A program made the position numbers and the translations under genes. The notes beneath the pieces are model-generated. The model was given only the letters and a program-made list of their open reading frames with translations. It had not been told where the DNA came from and ran no database searches. From positions 95,795-159,794 of the forward strand of contig CAYFGT010000001.1 of NCBI GenBank assembly GCA_964343075.1: a stretch of 64,000 bases of DNA, given 5' to 3'. Shown here one piece after another: positions 1 through 8,662 of this stretch (positions are counted from its first letter, which is position 1; each line of letters starts with the position of its first letter). The stretch comes from an uncultured Dehalococcoidia bacterium. Lineage in GTDB: Bacteria > Chloroflexota > Dehalococcoidia > Lucifugimonadales > UBA3495.

Positions 1-1
1 C

Positions 2-361
2 ACAAAATTAGTTACGGATTTTGTGGAGTTGTGCGGTGTAATTAATGCATTTGATGAAGAAACTTTAAATGAAACAAACTTGGAACGTATCTATAGACTA
101 TTAAAGCAAACCCCGAGACCGATTATGGATATTTACGTCGCATTGAACCCAGGTACTATCAATACTAGATTACTTGAGCAATACATACTGTATACTGAAC
201 AGAGAGCGGTTAGCATAGATGCTGTAGAATTGATCGGTTTGGGTGTTGAAAAACAGCAACTCGCGGAAATTATTGACATGCTAACCATCCTCCGAATAAC
301 CGGACAGATTCGTAGCAAGTCTGAAGAAGTGTCTGTTGTTGTTCAATTTGTGAACGGATAA
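2..361 (+). CDS. hypothetical protein; probably the C-terminal part of a gene that starts left of the window
   Basis: The frame is open from base 2 through the listed Met (23) to TAA 359-361. No motif I recognise. The next gene starts 5 nt later. Confidence 0.4.
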   Translation, partial: TKLVTDFVELCGVINAFDEETLNETNLERIYRLLKQTPRPIMDIYVALNPGTINTRLLEQYILYTEQRAVSIDAVELIGLGVEKQQLAEIIDMLTILRITGQIRSKSEEVSVVVQFVNG

Positions 362-366
362 GGTCC

Positions 367-582
367 ATGGATCAACAAGAAAAAGACTTGAATCTTTGTG
401 CCATGTGTGACAAAGGTTTAGATGGTATCAATGAGACTAACTGCCAGCGATGTGGTTGTTTTTTTCATTATTATTGGACCGATATGCAAGAGTCCGAATC
501 TTGCGGGGCGCTTGCGAGTCATGACGATGCATTGGCTATTGTTTTTTTGTGTGTCGATTGTATAAAGCATTCAAGGAATTAG
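367..582 (+). CDS. small Cys/His-rich zinc-finger-like protein (71 aa)
   Basis: 8 Cys + 3 His: C11xxC14-x11-C26xxC29xC31xxH34 ... C46 ... C62xxC65xxH68. The stop TAG 580-582 lies next to or inside the SD of the next gene. Confidence 0.55.
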   Translation: MDQQEKDLNLCAMCDKGLDGINETNCQRCGCFFHYYWTDMQESESCGALASHDDALAIVFLCVDCIKHSRN

Positions 583-593
583 GAAGGAGAATC

Positions 594-1631
594 ATGAAAG
601 CGGTATTTATCAACAAACATGGTGGTACAGATGTCTTAGAATATGGAGAAGTACCTGAGCCTACTGTAGGTTTTGGGCAAGTGAAAGTTAAAGTGCAAGC
701 AGCTTGCTTGAATCGATTAGACTTGTATACGAGAGAAGGTGATCGTGGTTTGCAACGCGAATTTCCTCCTAGTTTAATCTTAGGTGGAGATTGCTCAGGA
801 GACGTTGTTGAAATAGGAGAAGGAGTTAATGGATTATCTTTGGGCAATCGAGTGATAGTCTATCCTAAGATGACATGCGGGCAATGTGTGGAATGCCTTT
901 CGGGTAGAGATGATCTATGCTCCCGAGCTCAATTCTTGGGAACTGCATCTAATGGAAGCTATGCTGAATATGTTGTTGTTGATAGTGGAAACGCGCATGT
1001 GATTAGTGATGATGTTACTTACGATATGGCTGCAGCGGTACCCACAACTTTTCTTCCTTGCTGGAATATATTGGTCAGAAAAGGTCAACTTAAATCATGG
1101 GAGACTATTTTGGTCCTTTCTGCTTCAGCAGGTGTTGGTACCGCAGCAATACAGTTAGCTAAAAATGTCATTGGAGCGACTGTGCTTACCACTACTAGCA
1201 GTAAAGAAAAAATGCTAAAAGCAAAAGAAATTGGAGCCGATTTTGTGATCAATTATAATGAAGAATCGATCAGTGATCGTATCAAAGAAATTACAAATGG
1301 GATGGGCGTCGATTTTGTTCTTGATCATGTTGGTGCCGATTTCTTTAAAGACGCTTTCTATGCCTTAAGATCAGGAGGGAGATATGGTATTTGTGGGGCA
1401 ACTACAGGGTTGCGCACAGAATTGCATCTTGGGTTATTGTTTTCTAAGCAAATAGAGATATTTGGTGCATTTATGGGGTCAAAGAAAGACATGGTGGAAA
1501 TTACGAATACATTGAATAGAGGGCATATCAACCCTAGTATTCATAAGATCTTTCCACTGTCTGAGACAGCGGAAGCTCATAAGATGATGGAAGATACCAA
1601 CTTTTTCGGGAAAATTATTATTCATCCTTAA
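594..1631 (+). CDS. zinc-type alcohol dehydrogenase-like / quinone oxidoreductase (MDR superfamily)
   Basis: MKAVFINKHGG N-terminus, structural-zinc pattern CGQCVECLSGRDDLC, Rossmann segment SASAGVGTAAIQLAK. Start moved from ORF-track 549 to ATG 594, directly after SD AGGAAGGAGA (581-590). Confidence 0.85.
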   Translation: MKAVFINKHGGTDVLEYGEVPEPTVGFGQVKVKVQAACLNRLDLYTREGDRGLQREFPPSLILGGDCSGDVVEIGEGVNGLSLGNRVIVYPKMTCGQCVECLSGRDDLCSRAQFLGTASNGSYAEYVVVDSGNAHVISDDVTYDMAAAVPTTFLPCWNILVRKGQLKSWETILVLSASAGVGTAAIQLAKNVIGATVLTTTSSKEKMLKAKEIGADFVINYNEESISDRIKEITNGMGVDFVLDHVGADFFKDAFYALRSGGRYGICGATTGLRTELHLGLLFSKQIEIFGAFMGSKKDMVEITNTLNRGHINPSIHKIFPLSETAEAHKMMEDTNFFGKIIIHP

Positions 1632-1632
1632 A

Positions 1633-2484
1633 TTAGGAATTTAATAGTCGTCTACCATGAAATAGATATTGTTGTGAGTAACCTGCATATTCTCCGAAGT
1701 ATTCGTTGGCCCATATTTGAAGTTGTTGGTTGGAAGGTGGGGTTTGATTCGGGAAGTACCAATCACACAATGCTCGTTTCACCCAGACATCAATAGGGAA
1801 TGCTTCCAATTTGTCAAGCGAAAACACAAGTGCGCAGTCTGCTATTTTAGGTCCTACTCCTCGTAGCTTCATCAATTGGGTTTTTGCGTCCCCGTACGGA
1901 AGTGCTAGTAATTCTTGGAGATTGAGTTCTCCTTTTGAAACCTTGATTGCGCAGTCGAGGACATACGGGGCTCTGAACCCTAAGCCAAGTTCTCGTAGTT
2001 TAAATTCATCACTGTTACTAATATCCTCTGGAGAAGGGAACGAGTATCTCACATCGTCGTTCAATTGCAATTTGTTCCCAAAATAGGTAGACATATTTTC
2101 TACCATTAAAGATATTCGTTTCATGTTAGTTGTCGATGAGCAAATAAAAGTGATTAAACATTCCCAAGGATCTTGTCGTAATAATCTAAGCCCGTTATAT
2201 TTTGCAGTCATACTCTTTACTCGTTCATCTTTATTTATATGACTATATATGTATCCAAGATCGTCATCTAGACGTAAATACTTGTGGTAATCGTCCTCGA
2301 CTATGTTCTTACTAGCTGTTTCTATACATAATGTTTTATCGTGCTGTCCAATGTGCACTAGGTTATTTTGTATGAAGCCCGAGTAATATCCGTTAACTTT
2401 TCTCCACCTATGAGCTTGTCCACTTTCCAGAGATTCTCTCAAATTCAAAGGCTCTTGTATGGTTACTTGCATACTTATATCCAA
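1633..2484 (-). CDS. ogg: 8-oxoguanine DNA glycosylase / AP lyase (OGG, HhH-GPD family)
   Basis: HhH-GPD motif LRGVGPKIADCALVF followed by PIDVW (Lys/Asp as in OGG1-type enzymes). The start overlaps the dinG stop by 10 nt. Confidence 0.8.
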   Translation of the reverse strand: MDISMQVTIQEPLNLRESLESGQAHRWRKVNGYYSGFIQNNLVHIGQHDKTLCIETASKNIVEDDYHKYLRLDDDLGYIYSHINKDERVKSMTAKYNGLRLLRQDPWECLITFICSSTTNMKRISLMVENMSTYFGNKLQLNDDVRYSFPSPEDISNSDEFKLRELGLGFRAPYVLDCAIKVSKGELNLQELLALPYGDAKTQLMKLRGVGPKIADCALVFSLDKLEAFPIDVWVKRALCDWYFPNQTPPSNQQLQIWANEYFGEYAGYSQQYLFHGRRLLNS

Positions 2485-5240
2485 TTCTTCACAGCGTTAG
2501 GGATATCTGATAATTCGAAAGTTTGGATATTGAAGTCAGGCAATGAGTCAAGGAAAGTTTTTCCATATGATCTTTCTACTACTCGGTTATCCAATATCAC
2601 GACGACTCCGCTGTCTTCTTTACTCCTAATTAATCTTCCTATCCCTTGTCTGAACTTTAAAATAGCTTGGGGTACAGAATATTCCCTGAAAGAATTCTCG
2701 TAATTACTACTTCTAGCTTGTACTATTGGGTCAGTGGGGACTTGGAATGGTAGCCTTGTAATCATTAGAAGCTTCAAGTTGTTACGTTCAAAATCAACGC
2801 CTTCCCAGAAGCTATTCGTACCCAAAATAATGCTATTAGGATTCTCGTTAAATCGCCGTATGATTTGTTGCGGAGTGCCATCGATTCCTTGCGCAAGTAC
2901 TTGCACATCATTTTGTTCTAGATGAGTTTTTATAAGGTTTGATACATTGCGTAAGGCAGCGTAGGATGTGAATAACACAACCGTTCGCCCTTGGATTTCA
3001 ATTGTTGCGTTCAAAATTGTTTCAGAGATTGCGGCTATATATGAATCCTGGGAGGGAGCTGGGACTCCCTTTGGCAGTAATAATAGGCCGTTTTCTTTAT
3101 AGTTATACGGAGACCCTAACTGTGATTCTTCTGCGTTTTCGGGGATTCCAAGACGTTCTTTTATATGAGCAAATGAATCATAGGCAGTTAAAGTTGCACT
3201 CGTGCATATTACGCTATCTTTTTCTGAAAAAAGATTAGAGGATAAGAATGCCCCGACATGGACTGGAGCGGAATGAAGCCTGACTTCAATCTGATTACGA
3301 TCAGATGATATCCATTCTACCGAATTTTCATCAGGTTTGGTTAATATGGACGTCAATTGGTCTTCTAATGAGTCAATTTGGTCGATGTTTGAATTTAATT
3401 CAACTATCAAGTGAGACTTGTTATTCAAATTAACGTCTAGTGAGTCAACATTATTGCAAAGGTTTCGGATATATGAAGTATTTTCTTTGAGTGTAACTTG
3501 AAAATTTTCCCACATAGAAAGGATCGAGTACCAAGATTGCGAGGACCGGAAGTCTTTATGAATGATCATTTGGTTGTTGTCTTGATTATCTTGGGATGAG
3601 AAGAATGTGTTATTCATGGCTTCCCACATAGTATTCCATCCAGTAGTTATACGATCTATGGATTGCTCGCAGGAATGGATATTGTCTAGAATGATTTGTT
3701 TAATTGAGGCACCGTTGTTGATGTTGTTTAGATCTATTCTAATACTGTTACATATTTTGGTTTGATTGTCTGCGATCTGTGATAATTGGTTCGCTGTAAT
3801 TTCAAATTGAAATTGGTTTGTCGCCTCATCTTCTAGATTATGGGCTTCATCTATGATCAGTGTGTTGTAGTGGGGTATAAGTGTCCCGCCCATCCTTATG
3901 TCTGATAACAATAAAGCATGATTCACTATGAGTATGTCAGCTTCTTCAGCAAGCTCTCGGGCGTTCCTAAGGTAACAAGTATCGTCTCCTCTTAAGTTTG
4001 GGCACCATAAATTTTCAGCAGAGGAGATTCGATTCCATACAGCAAGGTCTCTAGATGATAAATTTATTTCAGTTCTGTCACCATTTTGTGTAGAGCCCAT
4101 CCATAAGTGAATCTTACTGAGTAGCCTTGCTTCATCGGAAGAAATTTCAGTCGCGTTGGACATATAGTTTAACCTGCTGACACATAAATAATTCGATTTA
4201 CCTTTGAGTAAAGAATATTTGATACCACCTTCAGGAATCACTTTTAGATTTTCTAGGAGTGACACTAAAGCAGGTAGGTCTTTTGACACCAGTTGCTCTT
4301 GTAAATTGATGGTGTTGGTAGAGATTACTACTTTTTCGTTGTGGCTGATAGCATGCTTGATTGCTGGTATTAAATACGCTAACGATTTACCAACACCCGT
4401 ACCGGCTTCTATTATTAGGTGTTTTTTGTTGCTGATTGCTGAATCGACGATTTGAAGCATTTCTAGTTGTTCAGGCCTATATTCAAATTCATCAGGGAGA
4501 TTTTGTGTGAAAGTTTCTTCGGTATTGAATATTTCATCTATGGTAAGTTCTGGATCAAAATCTAATAATGATTTATGGTTTCCATTTTGGTTGGGTCTAG
4601 GGCCAACATGGCTTTTTTGTTGAGATGTGACCAGAGAGTGTTCCAAGCATTGTTCCAGAAGGTTGCCTAGATTCCAATTACTTTTAGTGCTGAGGTCGAT
4701 CATGTATTTGAGGGAATTGTGATCACATCTCCGAATGTGATTTAGTAGTTTAATGAAAACCTGTTGGGTCGCTTTGGCATCTTCCAGTGCCCTATGGGGA
4801 GACTGGTTTTCTACTTCGAAATATTTCCCTAGGTAATTTAATGAGTACTCTGGTAGGTTTGGGAAAAAAATTGTTGCTAATTCCCAGGTATCAAAATTAT
4901 ATTGAGTAAATTGTACGTCGTTACTTGCTAAGAATCTTAGGTCAAATTGAATGTTTTGTCCGATTATGGGCAGGTCACCAACAAACTTAATCAGGTCTGG
5001 TATGACTTGTTCGATTGTTGGTTTAAATCTGACATCATCGTTGGATATTCCTGTAAGATCTTGTACAAATGGAGGGATTTGTCGTTTGGGATCTACTAAA
5101 GTTTGGTACTCTTCTAAGATGGTACCATAGGAGCATTTTACTGCTCCAATTTCAATAATCCGATCGCTGTTAGCATGCAGACCGGTGGTTTCCAAATCAA
5201 GGGATACATATTCTAGGTTCATTGGACTTGTTGAAACCAT
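2475..5240 (-). CDS. dinG: DinG-family helicase with N-terminal DnaQ-like 3'-5' exonuclease domain
   Basis: DEDD exonuclease start (SLDLETTGL), Walker A AGTGVGKS, DEAH box IIDEAHNL, C-terminal helicase domain. Only three Cys (C..., CPNLRGDDTC) lie where E. coli DinG has four Fe-S cysteines. Confidence 0.85.
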   Translation of the reverse strand: MVSTSPMNLEYVSLDLETTGLHANSDRIIEIGAVKCSYGTILEEYQTLVDPKRQIPPFVQDLTGISNDDVRFKPTIEQVIPDLIKFVGDLPIIGQNIQFDLRFLASNDVQFTQYNFDTWELATIFFPNLPEYSLNYLGKYFEVENQSPHRALEDAKATQQVFIKLLNHIRRCDHNSLKYMIDLSTKSNWNLGNLLEQCLEHSLVTSQQKSHVGPRPNQNGNHKSLLDFDPELTIDEIFNTEETFTQNLPDEFEYRPEQLEMLQIVDSAISNKKHLIIEAGTGVGKSLAYLIPAIKHAISHNEKVVISTNTINLQEQLVSKDLPALVSLLENLKVIPEGGIKYSLLKGKSNYLCVSRLNYMSNATEISSDEARLLSKIHLWMGSTQNGDRTEINLSSRDLAVWNRISSAENLWCPNLRGDDTCYLRNARELAEEADILIVNHALLLSDIRMGGTLIPHYNTLIIDEAHNLEDEATNQFQFEITANQLSQIADNQTKICNSIRIDLNNINNGASIKQIILDNIHSCEQSIDRITTGWNTMWEAMNNTFFSSQDNQDNNQMIIHKDFRSSQSWYSILSMWENFQVTLKENTSYIRNLCNNVDSLDVNLNNKSHLIVELNSNIDQIDSLEDQLTSILTKPDENSVEWISSDRNQIEVRLHSAPVHVGAFLSSNLFSEKDSVICTSATLTAYDSFAHIKERLGIPENAEESQLGSPYNYKENGLLLLPKGVPAPSQDSYIAAISETILNATIEIQGRTVVLFTSYAALRNVSNLIKTHLEQNDVQVLAQGIDGTPQQIIRRFNENPNSIILGTNSFWEGVDFERNNLKLLMITRLPFQVPTDPIVQARSSNYENSFREYSVPQAILKFRQGIGRLIRSKEDSGVVVILDNRVVERSYGKTFLDSLPDFNIQTFELSDIPNAVKNWI

Positions 5241-5246
5241 AGCGAC

Positions 5247-5951
5247 CTACTCTTTGTGTAACGAGAAACGCTTAGGAGACCCCTGCCGCAAGCCATGGAC
5301 TGGCCAAAATGCTCCTGCCCTTAAGGCTTTGATGAATTCTTCCTCGGTACTTATATCTGTATCAAATTCGGTGGCGAAATTCCCTAGTCCATGAGTCGAA
5401 TGGGCATCGCTTCCTCCAGATACTGGTAAGTTAAGCATCTGAGAAACTTCTAGAGCGAACAAGTTTTCATTCTCTGCTGTTCCTCCATTACCTGCTTCTA
5501 TCGCGTCTACCATGTCAAAAACATGATGCTGTGAGGCTTGATCGGCTGTGGTAGGGATAGTGTCATCAGGGGATTTGTACAAGTAAGGTCGTCCTCTTCC
5601 AGGAGGGCTAAAGATTCCTCGGAATGGATGTGCAGAAATGAGAAATCCACCGTGTGCTCTGACAGCCTTACTCAAGGTCTCGGCGTTGTTATAGCCAGAC
5701 TCATATTTATCCATGCCAAAAGCTAACATGTGGCCAAAATCTGTGTCTACTTCCATACCACGGATTAAAACGACGTTGTGCTTCTGGGCAAATTGTTCAA
5801 ATTCATGTCTGTCCCAAGGTCCACTGTGTTCTGTTAGACATAGCCCTTTAAGCCCAATCCTTGATGCTTCTAAGATCAAATCTTCAGGAGTTAGATTGCT
5901 ATCACTGCTGCCTTTTGTTGTGTGTATATGCAAGTCGAAAAATTTTGCCAT
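5247..5951 (-). CDS. PHP-domain metal-dependent phosphoesterase
   Basis: DLHIHTTKGSSD, CLTEHS, SAHP and GGSDAHS fit the His/Asp pattern of the PHP fold. The stop is 6 nt before the dinG start. Confidence 0.75.
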   Translation of the reverse strand: MAKFFDLHIHTTKGSSDSNLTPEDLILEASRIGLKGLCLTEHSGPWDRHEFEQFAQKHNVVLIRGMEVDTDFGHMLAFGMDKYESGYNNAETLSKAVRAHGGFLISAHPFRGIFSPPGRGRPYLYKSPDDTIPTTADQASQHHVFDMVDAIEAGNGGTAENENLFALEVSQMLNLPVSGGSDAHSTHGLGNFATEFDTDISTEEEFIKALRAGAFWPVHGLRQGSPKRFSLHKE

Positions 5952-6032
5952 AAAATTGCCTCAGCCCAATATTAACCAAAAAGACATCTATATTACAGTC
6001 TACTTTGTCTGTTCCTTATGATTAATATTTAG

Positions 6033-6061
6033 TTGATTGTAAGCAATGTTACATATACAAT
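6033..6061 (+). promoter_or_regulatory. candidate sigma70-type promoter for speH-speE
   Basis: TTGATT (6033-6038), 17-nt spacer, TACAAT (6056-6061), about 45 nt upstream of the speH start. Confidence 0.4.
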
Positions 6062-6106
6062 TCTGAGCTACGTGATTGGAAGAATGTAAGAATTTCGAGG
6101 GAGTAC

Positions 6107-6484
6107 TTGGACGGTTTAGGAATACATGTAATAGCGGATTTGAAACAATGTGATCCGTTGCTTATCGATGATATAGAATATGTGCGAGACACTTTATACG
6201 AGGCAGCTGAGACCTTGTCTGTCTCGGTTATAGGTGAGTCGTTCCATAAATTTTCTCCTCAAGGAGTGACAGGAATTCTATCAATAGCGGAATCTCACAT
6301 ATCAGTCCATACCTGGCCAGAAGCATTATTTGTTGCTATTGATATATTTACTTGTGGGATTAAGTTTGATCCTAACCAAACGGCTATTTGGTTGGGTAGT
6401 AAATTCAAGAGTGAAGATTTTGATATAACCGTGATTGACAGAGGTGCAGGTCTAGCGCTTCCAACGTATGGTTTAAGCGAGTAA
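6107..6484 (+). CDS. speH: S-adenosylmethionine decarboxylase proenzyme (small pyruvoyl type)
   Basis: Autoprocessing motif SIAESHISVHTWPE. TTG start preceded by GAGGGAG. Confidence 0.85.
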   Translation: MDGLGIHVIADLKQCDPLLIDDIEYVRDTLYEAAETLSVSVIGESFHKFSPQGVTGILSIAESHISVHTWPEALFVAIDIFTCGIKFDPNQTAIWLGSKFKSEDFDITVIDRGAGLALPTYGLSE

Positions 6485-6506
6485 TTGGGTAATAAGAGAG
6501 GACTTA

Positions 6507-7415
6507 TTGGATTCATTTGGTAATTGGTATATAGAGCATTTGTCATCTAGCCAATCTATCATGCTAAAAGTTACAGAAGTCTTGTATTCAGGTAAGACTC
6601 GATATCAGCAAGTAGATATCATCCAGTCAGAGATTTATGGAAGAAGTTTGATTCTTGATGGAAAAACTCAGTCCACCGAGAGAGACGAATTTGTTTATCA
6701 TGAAGCATTGGTAAGTCCTGCTATGTTTTTACATCAAAAACCTCAAGATGTTTTTATCGCTGGCGGCGGCGAAGGTGCTACTTTAAGAGAAGTACTTAAT
6801 CATAAGAGCGTTTCTAAAGTTACCATGGTTGATTTGGATCAAGAAGTGATAGAGTTGAGTAAATTGTATTTGCCTAATCACCATAATGGTTCATTCGATG
6901 ATGAAAGATTGGAATTGCATCATTGTGATGCTAGAACGTATTTGAATGATAATAATTATACTTATGATGTTATCATTTTAGATCTAGTTGATCCGTTAGA
7001 AGAGGGTATAGCATATCAACTGTATACAAGAGAATTTTATGAGATTGTAAGGTCTTGTCTGAATCGCGGTGGTATCATGGTGACTCAATCTGGATCTGCC
7101 GACATAACTAATTTCACCGAATGTTATGCACCAATTGTGAATACTATCCAGTCAGTATTTCCCGATGCTAAGAATTATCAAGTGAACGTATCAGGATTCG
7201 GTATGCCATGGTCTTTCACAATTGCATCTCAAGAACCTGTGGACACTGATATTGAAAATTTAATGAACAATATTAGAGAGAGAGTACACCGAGATTTGAA
7301 ATTTTATGATCATGAATCTCATGTTCATATGTTTAATGTTCCCAAATATGTCCGTGAACAAATACAAAACGAATCTAGGATCAACTCTGATGACGATCCG
7401 ATTTTTATGATCTGA
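6507..7415 (+). CDS. speE: spermidine synthase
   Basis: LILDGKTQSTERDEFVYHE, GGGEGATLREVL and ILDLVDP motifs. TTG start after AGAGAGGA. Confidence 0.9.
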   Translation: MDSFGNWYIEHLSSSQSIMLKVTEVLYSGKTRYQQVDIIQSEIYGRSLILDGKTQSTERDEFVYHEALVSPAMFLHQKPQDVFIAGGGEGATLREVLNHKSVSKVTMVDLDQEVIELSKLYLPNHHNGSFDDERLELHHCDARTYLNDNNYTYDVIILDLVDPLEEGIAYQLYTREFYEIVRSCLNRGGIMVTQSGSADITNFTECYAPIVNTIQSVFPDAKNYQVNVSGFGMPWSFTIASQEPVDTDIENLMNNIRERVHRDLKFYDHESHVHMFNVPKYVREQIQNESRINSDDDPIFMI

Positions 7416-7418
7416 TTA

Positions 7419-7901
7419 TTACGTTATATATTTCCTTAAATTACAAAGTTCAATTACAGGTATAATTGTGCCATCTCGCTCAAATGATTCTATTAGGGTT
7501 CTTATATCTTCGGGGATATTCTTTTTAGTCCCAGTTGTTTGATCATAACCAACATACACTGCGTTTATAATTGTAGTATGCTCGCCAGTCTGGTTATATA
7601 TATTGACTCGGAAATACATACTCGTGGTTTTTAACTTGGTTATGCTGCAATGTAATTCCAAGACTTCATCTACTCTGACAGGTGATAAGAAAGACAGGTC
7701 TGTATGCACTACAACTGTGTCAAAAAAACCAGTTTCAGCTAATTCATAGATGCTATAGCCTAGGTTTCTAAAATATTCAGCTTGGGCAATCTCCAAGTAT
7801 TCTAAGTACGCTCCATTAAAAGCAATGCCTTGCCTGTCGCATTCAGACCATCGGACTCTGATAGGTGTGGTGAATAACGGTTGTGAATTATCAGGTTGCA
7901 T
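7419..7901 (-). CDS. acyl-CoA thioesterase (hotdog fold, 4HBT/YbgC-like)
   Basis: Size 160 aa and an N-terminal RVRWSECDRQGIAFNGAYLEYLE segment typical of YbgC/4HBT thioesterases. Confidence 0.7.
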   Translation of the reverse strand: MQPDNSQPLFTTPIRVRWSECDRQGIAFNGAYLEYLEIAQAEYFRNLGYSIYELAETGFFDTVVVHTDLSFLSPVRVDEVLELHCSITKLKTTSMYFRVNIYNQTGEHTTIINAVYVGYDQTTGTKKNIPEDIRTLIESFERDGTIIPVIELCNLRKYIT

Positions 7902-7906
7902 AAGAA

Positions 7907-8653
7907 TTATTCGTTCTCGAGCTCATCAAGTATTTGTTTGTCAAACTCATTTAGGTTTTGATCATAGAGCAGGTCAGGTCTATTTAGGTAGGTTCGGATT
8001 AACGATTGGGTTCTCCTCCATTCTTCGATTTTCTTGTGGTTTCCGTTTATTAATACTTCTGGTACTTGTAATCCACGATAAGTTCTTGGACGTGTGTATA
8101 ACGGGTGTTCCAACAATCCAGATGTTATTGAATCAGATTCAACGTTTTCAGACGCCCCTATTACCCCCGGGATAAATCGGGAAATACAATCCATCACTAA
8201 CATAGCAGGGATTTCTCCTCCTGTGGTAATAAAATCTCCCACGCTTATTTTATGTGTGACTACTAATTCGATTATCCTCTCATCAATACCTGTGTAGTGT
8301 CCGCAGATAATTATTACATCCTCGTAATCAGAAAAAGCTTTTGATTTTTCTTGATTAAAAGTGTATCCCTGAGGGGTCATGAGTATTACAGGGACGCTTT
8401 TAGGATTATCACATGTTGCCAATGTATGTTCGATTGCTTCACCGATAGGTTCAGGTTTCATAACCATCCCAGACCCTCCCCCATATTGGTAATCATCAGT
8501 GATTGAATGCTTATCTGTGGCAAACTCTCTGATGTTCACTATAGTGATGCGAATAAACTCATTCTTGATAGCTCTGCCGATCATACTTGATTCCATAAAG
8601 CCATCAAACATTTGCGGGAATAACGTTAATATATGGAAGTTAATACTTGCCAT
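7907..8653 (-). CDS. trmD: tRNA (guanine37-N1)-methyltransferase
   Basis: FHILTLFPQMF, DDYQYGGGSGMVMKPEP and ICGHYTGIDERI are TrmD SPOUT signatures. Confidence 0.9.
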   Translation of the reverse strand: MASINFHILTLFPQMFDGFMESSMIGRAIKNEFIRITIVNIREFATDKHSITDDYQYGGGSGMVMKPEPIGEAIEHTLATCDNPKSVPVILMTPQGYTFNQEKSKAFSDYEDVIIICGHYTGIDERIIELVVTHKISVGDFITTGGEIPAMLVMDCISRFIPGVIGASENVESDSITSGLLEHPLYTRPRTYRGLQVPEVLINGNHKKIEEWRRTQSLIRTYLNRPDLLYDQNLNEFDKQILDELENE

Positions 8654-8662
8654 GGAAAGTCT

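Noticed and set aside
549-593. ORF-track start of the oxidoreductase, overlapping the zinc-finger gene.
   Set aside because: ATG 594 follows a strong SD (AGGAAGGAGA) and gives the typical MKAV... N-terminus. The upstream extension overlaps the preceding gene with no SD.
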